Assembly (NCBI GenBank): GCA_030704615.1
Contig: CM060731.1
Span: 42,594,001-42,658,000 of the forward strand
DNA: 64,000 nucleotides
Reading direction: 5' to 3'
Source of the DNA: Takakia lepidozioides
Lineage: Eukaryota > Plantae > Bryophyta
Numbering within the stretch: the stretch's first letter is position 1; every line of letters starts with the position of its first letter. The notes below the pieces were generated by a model. That model searched no databases. It saw only the letters and a list, made by a program, of their open reading frames with translations, and was not told where the DNA came from. Both the position numbers and the translations under genes were made by a program. Positions 51,966 through 62,872 of this stretch are shown here, one piece after another.

Positions 51966-54142
51966 TCAAGAGAGATGACCTTGCATCTGTGAGTGCCAGA
52001 GGTGAGTTTAGTTTTAGCACTTGTGGTTTTTGTTTTGAAAGTGAGAGAGACGGGGGCTCTGTGTTGGTTAAAACTTGAGCTGCAGGTTTCTCTAGTAGAT
52101 TCTAGCCTTGTGATTGATCATCAACTTGTCGTTGGTTTTCTTGTGCCTGCTCCTAGTTTGCATGTGATCGAAGGCCTTCCTATGTCGGAGGCACCAGTGG
52201 TTCTTTACGCATATATCAAGGGTCTCCACTTCCGAAAGGCAGAGGCTCTCTTGTTGGATAAGTGATCCGGCGGCATTAGTTCGTGAGGGTCACAGTGTCA
52301 TCGACGACGAGCTTGCCTTACGCAGGTGCGGGTTAAAACAGTGCTATCAGGCCAGTAATCCAGGGAATCAAAACACAAAGCTTCTGGACAAGCCTAAAAG
52401 GAAACCACTCGTGGGGCAATATGACAATGTCTCCCTGTAATGCTCTCTCACTTGGACCAGAGAGTCCGTCAAGCAAATCCCGAGCTGATGGGGTGTGTTG
52501 AGTTCTGGTTCAAGAATCAGCAGGGGTAGAAGCTGGAATGTCAAGGGCTACCTGAACGTTGGAAGAGGCCATGACTGGTATTGGACTGTGGCTCTTCTCC
52601 TGAGAAGGGGCTGCTGGGGAAGCCAACGTCATAGCTGAGCGCACATTCCGACTGGGTGCTTGGGTTGAGCCCTCCAGCAACGATGCTGACGAGGATGTAC
52701 AGGCTAGAATGGGCAGGGAGCTCCATCGGCTGGTCCTAAGTATAAAGCAAGAAGCTGAAGCTGTTTCTTCTTCCCTGCTCTCTTATTCGCAAAAGCCTGA
52801 CCTTCGTCGTCCCCTATGCGCAGATGTGATCACAGGGGCTTGGATACTAAGTATCTGCAGCGGCAATGGATGCCATTAGATTTCCCGCTGCCATGGCCAC
52901 TGGACGACAAGAGGCCCTTGCAGCAACTGCGGAATCAGATAATGTTAATTGTTCGTGACTCTGTCAGCTCCACCAAGTTTGCTAAAGCTCTCCTATGTGC
53001 TCTGGCCACCTTTGCTCCTGTGGAGGTCCAGCCGTATACATCCCATGGTCTTCAGGCATGTGTAATGCATACAATCGCATGGCATTGTTGTGAAGCAATT
53101 GCAGATAGAGTGGCTAGTTGCCTGGGATGAGTCAGAGGCTTCATTCCACAAGATGCGCAATGGGCGGATGCTTTAGAGTGGTCAGTGGACGTGCGGGTGC
53201 TCAGTTAAGAAGCCACTGGAACTCTCGTATTAGTAAATTACTTTTCAGCAATCAGAAAGTGGTGTATATGGATTGGTGTAGCTTATCGACATCCTCTCGA
53301 GACTGTCAGATCTTCATTGAGAATTCCGGATTCAAAGGACTAGTGAACCTATACCGCACATACTCTCATTTGCACTGGCTGGATGGGAGCAGCCTTCTTC
53401 GTGCAACAACACTGCTGGCCATGTGCACTGGCTCCAGCACGTCATTCCCACCACACGTCTGTTCCTCACAAAGGAGCAGATCTTGGCCCCGCTGAACCTG
53501 CATATCTCCGTCTTTAGCACCATCGCGGCTGGCTATGGCGGATCCCTGGGGCGAGCTCGCGGCAGCGTGGAAGGCAGCTACAACACGCAACCTTGTAGCG
53601 AGCGAATCCACCACCAGCCCCTCTTTCCGGAGTTGCTGCTACTGGCGCTGAACAGCTTGGTGTTGCTGCTGAAGAACTGCAACCTGATGCTGGAGAGGGG
53701 GTCCGACAACCTGGGCGGTCTGTTGGTAGACTTCCACCACTTCACTTCCACCATTGCGGGCACTTGCAGGGCACTGTATTTGAACTTGATGGGAACTTGA
53801 TGGGAACCTGCAATGAATCACAAAAAACGTGGGAACAGGGAACCAAAGGAAACCAATCGAAAATGGTTTTCCTTGTATTTGTTTCTATTTAAGGTCATAT
53901 ATTATATTTACAGAGCCTCTTTGGCCATATCTTTGTCATATGAGCTCCGTTTGACACAGTTTTTGAGGGGATAGCTGTACAAAGGGAAAATCTACTTATA
54001 TAGACCTGGTTTTAGTTTTTTGGACTCTGCTAAAAATCTATGGAATTTTTTGAGTGTGAGTGTGCTATGAAAGATCCACAATTCTGTTTCTAGAACCTGT
54101 TGTGGTCTACATGAGAGACAAATCTGGGGATGCCCTCCTTGT

Positions 54143-54892
54143 ATGGCTGGGGGCAATGAGGACGTAATTGAAGGGCAGGTCTCTTCTCTTAGCCTGTGCA
54201 CACAAGGGGACAAGATTTATGTTTCTCAAGGAACTCAGACTGATTTGAGTGGAGAGCAGTTGGACGAGTTGATTGCATACTGGGAGTCAGGCATTAGCAA
54301 TAGACAACACACTGTTGTAGTTGGCGTTGAAGGCCTCAATATTGCTTTGGACAGTCAGAATTATGTTGGAGCAAGCAGTTTTGCAGCTGTAGGTGAAATA
54401 CCAAAGTGGGTGGAAGCTAGGCTTGGAACACAGCCAAAGACAGCCCCGGGGACCAAGGTGTTCAACCACAAGGCCGTGGTGTACTGGAGCAGAGGAGCGG
54501 GAGCTACTCAAGTTTTTGCAATCAGACATGGTTGCAGCCGGACACGCTCTGCACAAGGCAACCACGAGCGGGGGTTCATTAGCAATGATAAGTTTGTTCT
54601 GCTTGAAGGAGATGCAGTCATGCGCAATGAGGACACTCGCAACCGTCTCAAAGCTTTCGAGTTGAGAGACTGTCAGACCCTACATTTATTTTCTTTAGTA
54701 TTCAGTGAGCGGGAGATAGGGAAGTATTGCTTTGTCTCTACCTGGCAGAAAGAGGAGGAGGGTTGGTTAGAGCGAGCTACTGTAGCTTGGGACAAGGTTA
54801 GTGGCAGGTTTCTAGACATAGATATACCTCCTACACCTTACCATCATGCAGAACGAGGCACTTTGAGAGAAGTCTGGCAGTTGATAGCATAG
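54143..54892 (+). CDS. Unknown 249-aa extra ORF upstream of gag
   Basis: ATG-initiated and uninterrupted, with globular-looking composition. No family recognised. Confidence 0.5.
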   Translation: MAGGNEDVIEGQVSSLSLCTQGDKIYVSQGTQTDLSGEQLDELIAYWESGISNRQHTVVVGVEGLNIALDSQNYVGASSFAAVGEIPKWVEARLGTQPKTAPGTKVFNHKAVVYWSRGAGATQVFAIRHGCSRTRSAQGNHERGFISNDKFVLLEGDAVMRNEDTRNRLKAFELRDCQTLHLFSLVFSEREIGKYCFVSTWQKEEEGWLERATVAWDKVSGRFLDIDIPPTPYHHAERGTLREVWQLIA

Positions 54893-55386
54893 ATCAGGAT
54901 TAGATCTGCTTGGTTGGGCCTCTATTCTTCCCCTCATTTTTTTTACTATTTTCATTACTTTGTACTTGTAGTTGCCAAAGCCTCTCTTGGTGGAGGCTAG
55001 TCAGTCCGGGGTTTTGGGCTGGGATATTCTGCAGGATCAACACTGCAGATGGATTTTGGTGTGGGGGTGTTGATGTTTTGATTTCTTGTGTTTGGACCCC
55101 ACCCAACGCCTGCATGCTTGACTGTGCGCCATGTTGGTTTTGTGTAGGCGCTTGCTTTCATAGGGATTAGGCTGGATTTGATCACCGGTCAATCCTAGAG
55201 TATGCTGTCGGTTGTGAGGCTGGAGTGATGACCGGCAAGACCACCAGTGTTTCTTCTATGGTGAGGCTGGGTTGATGACCAGCCAACCATAGAAGTTCTT
55301 GCGGTGGATGCAGGTGCATGTGCCCTTAGCCACTGGGATATGACACTTAATCTGCAACAGGTGCTCACCCGTGTCACTATTAGAAT

Positions 55387-55398
55387 TAGTACTAGAGC
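55387..55398 (+). promoter_or_regulatory. Degenerate primer binding site (tRNA-Met-i type)
   Basis: TAGTACTAGAGC vs consensus TGGTATCAGAGC (9/12, all three mismatches are transitions), immediately upstream of gag. Confidence 0.45.
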
Positions 55399-55409
55399 CT
55401 TATAGTGTC

Positions 55410-56650
55410 ATGTGGGGGAGGTGCGGGTTGTGAGTGTCATCACGGAGTTACCCAAGGGTTTTGAGGGGAGTACGGCTACAGGCAGTAGCAGTGAGAGTGG
55501 GTTCACCAGACAAGGTGTTCGTTTCAGACCACCTTCACCTCCACCCTCAACTAGTGCAGAATTAGACACAGACTCGGAGGCTTCATCAACAGGTGTGCAG
55601 TTTCAGCACCAATATCTCCCACTGCCAGCACTAGTAGTGGAACAAGTAGTGCTGGTACTTCTGCAGGTGGTACCAGTTCAAAAGGTGCTACTACTCCTCC
55701 TGCCACGACTACAACACATGTGCCTAGATTCAACCCGGTGGTGGAGTTCTTCCAAGAGTTGCAGACGAACTACTAAGGTGTACGGACAGAGAAGCTGTGA
55801 AGTTTGCAAGACTTCCAGCGCAAATCCAGTGAGAGCTTGCGATAGGCCTACACTCGTATGAGGCGCTTGATAAGTGTGACCCAACGGGTTACTGAAGCTC
55901 AGGCAGTCCAGTTCTGGTATGGAATTTTGGACAAGGAGCTCAGGAGAAGGGTGCGGGATGCAACCCTGTTACAAGCGGCCCAACCCACATTAGCAGATGT
56001 GTTTCTGCTGGCTGAGCGGATTGAGCTCAACATGGTGGAAGAGCGAGTTGTTACCATTGGATTTGGCAAGGACATGCTTGCACGAGGCGCAGCTGCCAGG
56101 GTACAAAGGACTGCCCAACAACGTGGTCAGGGGGGCAAGGTTGCCCAACCCAAATTCCATGGAGCTTACAGGGGACCTCAGGTGCAGAGGCCAGTAGCTT
56201 CTTTTGCAGGCCAACAGCAACCAGGGGTGGTATGTTGGACATGTGGAGAACCCCATGTCAAGAAAGATTGCCCAGAGAGTGGCAAAAGGCCGACATAAGC
56301 ACAGCCTGCACAGTTGCAGTATGGGTATTGTGGCAAGTATGGGCATGGAGATGCCCAGTGTTATGACTTGCACCCTGAGTTGCGGCAAGGCCAGTTCCAA
56401 GGGAACAATGGTGGCTGAGGACGAGCTGGAGCACCTTAGAGAGGACGAGGTGGTCAGGCACGAGGTGTAAGACGAGGGCAAGGACGTGGAGGTCAGGGCG
56501 TTGACCAAGGCATGGCCAACCGGCTTCAGCAACTAGAGCAAAGGCTTGCTGCCATGGCCACAACTCAGGTGGTACCAGCTCCAAGACCTGAGGGTCCACC
56601 TCATGTTCCTCCTCAGCAACGTCATCCTGACGGAGGAGACATGGGAGGCA
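55410..56650 (+). pseudogene. gag: gag, frameshifted
   Basis: QFWYGILDKELRRRVRD region, zinc knuckle CWTCGEPHVKKDC, a second degenerate knuckle YCGKYGHGDAQC in another frame, and an RGG-rich tract. Confidence 0.75.
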
Positions 56651-57180
56651 TGTGATTTATGTGTGGGGCAGCACTACCACTAGTGCAAGTGGAGTCTGCT
56701 GTAGCTGTCACTCGAAGAGCAGCACGAGTTCCTGAGCCACGAGGTGCAGAGGTGGAGTTAGATCCACAGCGTGGGGAGGCAAGCCGTCAGGCTAGGTTGC
56801 CTCAATCATTCATCTTGGGGGAGACAATGTCGACAACATCCATGGCACCTAGTTCTCGTCCGACAGATACATAGGCCGTTATTGTGCCATTGGGGAGAGC
56901 TACACGTGCAGCACTGACACCTGCTGCCAAGGCTAGTGCAGCCAGTGTGTTGTTGGGGGCAGCCACCTCTGTGTGTTAAGCCCCACTGTTCTCGGCAACC
57001 ATGATTGCGACGCCGGGGGTAAGACCAGCTGCAGTGTTCAGACTAACAGCAACACTCTACGAGAGTGGGGAGGTCACGTCATCTTCTGCGGAGTTAGTGG
57101 AGGGTGTAGTGGCAGAGGGATCCTCGGATTTGAGGGTCAAGACTGCCACGGCTGCGCCATGACAAGCTGCAGCTGCTAGG

Positions 57181-60100
57181 TTGACGGAGCTGCCAGCTAG
57201 GCCAGCATTTGAGCGCGCCATGGTGATACCTGGAGTTGTCTTGTTAGACAACCAAGATGACATTTTCTCTTTGAGTGGACCGGCAGGCAAGAGGTACCGG
57301 CCACTGCGGGTCTTGTTGGACTTGGGAGCTCAGCCACTGATGTTGGGCAGAGCTGCTATTGCAGGTTTGGGCCTCATGGAGGCGGACATGGAGCCTTGTC
57401 CTTTCCAGATACAAACATCTCTGGGAGGATCAGAGCAGACTCGGGGCATGACACGGCGTGAGTTGGCCATTAGACTACAGCCGGATCATCCTAAAGATGG
57501 CTCAGTGATACAAGCCAAGGCCATTGTGACAGATGCGGTCTCTTACGATGTCCTCGTTGGTGGGGCAGTGTTATATCCCATGGGCTTCACCCTGGATTTT
57601 TGGGAGGAGTTAGCATCCTACAGGCCTGGATGGCAGTCAGGGGATGGTCGTCGTGTACAGCTCCCTGTGACATTCATTGGGGGTGTTGCTGCTGCCCAGT
57701 GGGGCAAGATGCCAACACTAGTAGCCTTCACAGCTGCAGTTAGTTGGCCTAGAGAGTTGCTTGAGGGCAATGCCCATGCAAAGGATGTGTCATCTCCAAC
57801 AGAGCAGGATGACATGCATGGTACAGCGGAGTTGTCTGCCATGGTTGCTCACACTCCATTGTGGGGTACGAGCAAGGATTTGCAGCAGGCTGCTGATAGA
57901 CGGGTGCAACAAGCCTGGGTAGAGGCCTTCGTACCGTCAGGAGAGGAGGAGAGTGCGGTGATTGCACCAGGACCACCTCAGTTGTCGCCATTGGACACCA
58001 CACCTCTTGTGTGGCAGTGCTCGGATGAGGGCATATGCCTTCTGGACTTGTTTGGCGGGATCAGCACTGGATTGGCTGCAGTGCTGCAGGCAGGTGTACG
58101 AGTTCGACGTTACCTGTATGTGGAGAGGGATGAGACTGCACGACGCGTCTCACTGCGCCATGTTGCTCTTGGGTTAGCAGTGTTGTTGGATGCAGCTGCA
58201 GTGGGGTCACGGGCTCATCGCCCACGACTATGGTGGACCAACTTGATGTCACCTGCACTGCTCAAGCGTGCATTTGATGGGGTGCAGCGGCCACCACACC
58301 TGACGGTGGATAGCATTCTGGACATAGGGAGACAGTCTCAGCGTGTGAGACACGATGACCGATCACCTTTGGCAGTGGTCAATAAGGTGGGTCACCCACG
58401 AGCCGCATTGCCTACACTGCTCAGCTTTCCAGGATCTCATGTTTTTCGGGATGGTGGACCTGGCCTCTCGTGGGATAGCCAGTTGCAGCAATTAGTGGAG
58501 CCCAATGCTGACGAACGCGAGCGGGCGATGGGTTTTACCACTGGTACCACGGTGGTGCCATCTCTTTCTGAGGCATCACGTCGTCAGGTGTTGGGGCAAG
58601 CAATGGATCTCAATTGCTTGACCTGGATTATCAGCTTGGCTATGGCTGAGCAGCGCAGAGTACGGAGTACATTTCCCTTGATGGTCTCCCTGCCTACCGA
58701 GACGGTACAGGCAGCGAGTGGGGGCGAACGGGTAAGGACCACGAGGTGCAGGCCGCATCCATGGCACACGTGGGAGGTGCTCGAGGTTCAGAAGGAGTTG
58801 GCAGCCAAGGCGGCGGTGATGGATGAGGTTGGGGATTTTTCTCGGGTTGAGGAGGTCCTTAAGGATGGGATGATGGGGCAGGATGAGACATTGTCACTGA
58901 CAGAGGAGGCAGTGGTCACTACTCAAGAGGTTGCAGCATAGCAACCACGGGACGCGTCTTCTACCTCTAAGCCTGCTGGACTCAAGGTTGCAGTCACGGA
59001 TGACAACTGGGAGCCTGATGTTGGACCTATAGTCAGCGGAGGAGAAAGACGACGTATACGGCGGTTCTTGAGGGCTTATATGAACTGCTTTGCCTTCAGT
59101 TTGAAGGACTTAGGAGCACTGAAGGATCAAGAGATTCGCATTGAATTGGCTACTGACACGCCAATCTTTCGGAGACCCTATAGATACAGTGACATGGAGA
59201 GGTCCTTGATTCAGATGAGAACTCAGGACCTTTGGGAGGCTGGTTTGGTGGAGCTATCTTGGGAAGAGTATGCTTCAGCCACAGTGATGCTAGCCAAGAA
59301 GGATGTCTATGACAATTGGACGGAGAGACATATGTGCGGTGATTACCGGCCTGTAAATCGTCAGACCAAGTCCGATAGGTATGCCATGCCAACACCAGAG
59401 GAGATCTTTGATGCCATTGGGCATGCCAAGGTCTTTAGCACTTTGGATTTACGATCCGGATATCACCAGTTGCCGATCAAGGAGGCGGATAAGCAGAAGA
59501 CGACATTCTGGGGGATCAATGAGCACGGGAAGGATTGCCTATACCAGTGGCGGTTCTTACCATTTGGGCTTAAGAACGCTCCTGCAGAATTTCAGAGAGT
59601 CATGGACAAGATTGTAGCAGGGTTGGAGTTTGCTCGGTGCTACATAGATGACATCATCATCTTTAGTGCTACGGTGGAGGAGCATGAGAGACACCTTCAG
59701 GTGGTATTTGAGCGCTTGAGGGCGCACGGATTGAGGTTACATCTGGGGAAGTGCAAGTTTTTCCACAACCAAATTGAGTATCTGGATCACATGATATATC
59801 CTGGAGGATTGGAGGTACAGCAGACTAAGGTAGAGTCCATTGCACAGATTCCACACCCCACGGATGTGAGCCGAGTTTGAGCTTTCATGGGGTTAGCAAA
59901 CTATTATACACGGTTTGTTAAGGGATTTAGTGCCATTGCAAAGGCTCTAACCAAACTGACCAAGGTGGACCAGGAGTGGCAGTGGAAAGATGAGTAAGAA
60001 CAAGCTTTTCAAGAGCTCAAGGCGAGGTTGACCGCGGCGCCCATCTTGAGGCGACCTATCAGGGGGCGTCCTTTTCAGTTGCATACAGATTGGAGTATGC

Positions 60101-62075
60101 TGGGGCTTGGAGCGGTGCTCACACAGGTGGATGATGAGGGAAGAGAGTTCGTAGTGGCTTATGCTAGCCGCTCGAACAACGCTGCAGAGTCTAAGTATAG
60201 CTCATATGAGGGAGAATGCTTAGCTGCAGTGTGGGCCGTCACACACTTCAGGTGCTATCTATACGACAATCTCTTCACCCTTGTCACGGATCACCAACCA
60301 CTCAAGTGGTTGATGGAGTCAGACAAGCTTACGGGGAAGATTGCACGGTGGGCACTCATCCTTCAAGAGTATGATTTTCAGGTTGTGCATCGACCAGGTT
60401 TGGTCAATCGCAATGCAGATGGGTTGAGTCGCAATCCATGCATGAGCCAGAGGATGACACTGGAGCTCGGTGGCATGGTGAGACGGACGAGGAGATGACG
60501 CCCGGATGACATGCATCTGCATTTTTGTGTATCTTGGCAGCGGAAGGCCAGGTTGGATCTGCAATAGGAATGACTGTAGATAAAGTGTCTGAGGACCCTG
60601 AGGCCAGCAATGAGCAAGGTGGCGCCAAAGATATACATGAGGATTCAGCTGTGTTGGACTACCTTCGCACTGGAGACACGGCAGCCACTGTGACTGCCAA
60701 GGAGAGGGATCGGATCCTACAACGAGCCAAGAGGTTCAAGTGGGAGGGGACACACCTGCTCCGAGTGTGGGAGGATGGTCGATTGAGGATTGTGCCTCAC
60801 CCAACACAGCGGGCACGGTTAGTGCGGCATGCCCATGAGGAGTTGGGGCATTTTGGGGTGCGACGCACTCATAGTCTACTGCAGGGGCAATATTGGTGGC
60901 GTGGTAGGCACACAGAGGTGCAACAATTTGTGGCTAGGTGCATGGTGTGTGACAAGGTGCGTGCTTCATTCAATGCCCCTACTCCACAATTGCACCCTCT
61001 TCCGATCATGGGATTATGCTACAGGTGGAGTCTTGACTTCGCAGGGCCGTTGCCACTGACCATGCGCCACAACAAGTACGCGTTGGTGATGGTGGAACAC
61101 TTCTCCAAGTGGATCGAGTTGGTTCCATTGCCTGATAAGGCTAGTGAGGGAGCTACGTATGCATTCTTAGATTATGTACTTAGCCGATTTGGTGCTCCAG
61201 CTGAGGTACTCACGGACCAAGGGAAAGAGTTCTTGGGGGAGTTTCAGGCTTTGTGTGACAAGGCCTTGGTAGACTACCGCACCACTTCTCGGGATCATCC
61301 TGAGGCCGATGGCTTGGCAGAGAGGGTTGTTCAGACAGTAAAGAGGGGTTTGCGCAAGTATGGCTTGCAGAAGGGACACCTAGGAGATTGGGACCTTCAG
61401 TTACCCTGGTTAGCCATGGGCTACAGGTTCAGCAAGCAAGCATCACTTGCCTCCTTCTCATCATACTTTCTTCTCTTTGGCCGAGAGCCGGATTTGCCTA
61501 CATCCATCCGTAGAGAAGGTGCTACAGTTCTTAACCTCGACGATCCGGACGTGTGGGCACGTGCATGTGAGCAGCGTGCAGAGTTGTTCAAGAAAGTCAT
61601 GCCCATGGCTTTCGAGAACCTTGCCATTGCACAACATCGTGATACGTTGAGGTATGCTACCATACGTGGTGGGGGCTATCGTCATGGGGCTCGGAGATTC
61701 AACCCTGGTGACTACGTCTATCTGCAGCAGACTGCTCCTACGACTTTGGATGTAACTGCAGGACGTGTTATTTTGAGGGTTTGAGAGGTCTTGCCCTCAG
61801 GCGTCTTGATCTTGGAGGGTCGGGATAGCATAACTTGGAAGGACCATGTGTGTAATTGTGCGCCATGTCATCTTCTGAATGTCGATGGCAGGATTGACCC
61901 AAACCTGGCAGTGGTACCTGCAAGTTTGAGGTGCATGTTGTGTGGGTCTGCTAGAGGGGCAGCCACCATGTTGGTGTGTGATCGATGCTCTAGAGGTTGG
62001 CATATGGGATGCTTGACTCCACCTCTTGAGATGGTTCCTGATGGGGATTGGTTATGTCCGCATTGCATTGGATAG
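57181..62075 (+). pseudogene. pol: pol: aspartic protease, DNMT3-like methyltransferase, RT, RNase H, integrase, PHD finger
   Basis: PR RVLLDLGA (~57310). DNMT motifs 58030-58640. RT with LDLRSGYHQ, PFGLKNAP and YIDD (59068-59880). RNase H TDWS, SSYEGE and TDH (60028-60498). Integrase HHCC plus DDE (60525-61784). PHD CMLC..CDRC..HMGC..CPHC (61932-62066). Several in-frame stops. Confidence 0.9.
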
Positions 62076-62335
62076 TGGGAGTGGATACAACCATGGAAGA
62101 CTAACAAGAAATGCAAGGCCAAGCTACTAGGAGACCTTGAACACACGAGATCCTAGCTCAAGTTCACAGATTGCAAGACGGCGACTAACGATGGGGCTAC
62201 TCTTGTACCCGGCCTCTTGGTCTATAGAATTTGAGTAGAATATGGACAGTGATAGATGACTTAGTACGGCTGTGGCTATTACATCTTGTAGTTATCTGGA
62301 GTTAGAGGGACCTATCCACCAGCTAGGGGGGCGAT

Positions 62336-62872
62336 TGTGGCAGACTACTTTATTGTGCATATATGTGTGGTGTGGTTTGGACAACGATGTAGTTGTGTAG
62401 CGATACGTATGCGCACGACAACTGTCAAGTTAAAGAAACACAGTGTGAAACTAACTAGAATAAATCTAGTTATTTGTATTTAACACTTGGATTTAGTTCA
62501 AGTGTTAAGTCAGGTGTCAAGTGTAGTTTGACACCTGAACCGTCTTATCTTCACGAGAGCGTCAGTCGTGCGGCTCATCTCTCTCGAGTTGAGCCTGCAC
62601 GACTGAGCTCCTTCACTGCTTAGAATCTTAGTGTGCTTATGAAGGGAGCATAGGTTGTTGTGGGGTGGAGTCCTCATAGCTTGGGGTGCCCCTGGCTTGA
62701 CTACTATTTTAAAGAGTGATGAGTGATGAGTGATGAGGTTGGATTTCATGTTCTTGTGTCAACAATGTGTTTTTAGTTTCTTATCATTGTGGCAGAATAC
62801 TTTATTGTGTATATATGTGTGGTGTGGTTTGGACAACGATGTAGTTGTGTAGCGATACGTATGCGCACGACA
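62336..62872 (+). repeat. Right terminus: A1 (62336-62420), AC, B2 (62423-62787), A2 (62788-62872)
   Basis: The two 85-bp A copies (tgtggcaga...gcgcacgaca) differ at 2 positions. B2 matches 51628-51965. No A copy is present at the left end. Confidence 0.92.

Larger units (their letters stand above)
51628..62872 (+). mobile_element. Ty3/gypsy retrotransposon with a DNMT3-like domain, PHD-finger integrase and split direct repeat termini (11245 bp)
   Basis: TGTC...GACA ends. TSD ACAC at 51624-51627 and 62873-62876; removing the element and one TSD restores the host protease frame LLDSGASACFIDKDFVK. Domain order gag-PR-DNMT-RT-RH-IN-PHD. PPT at ~62325-62334. Confidence 0.92.

Noticed and set aside
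51628-62872. DIRS/Ngaro tyrosine-recombinase element, suggested by the split repeats and the methyltransferase
   Set aside because: No recombinase motifs seen. It has a protease, gypsy-type RT, DDE integrase, PPT and TSD, and the methylase motifs are C5-cytosine type rather than the DIRS adenine type.
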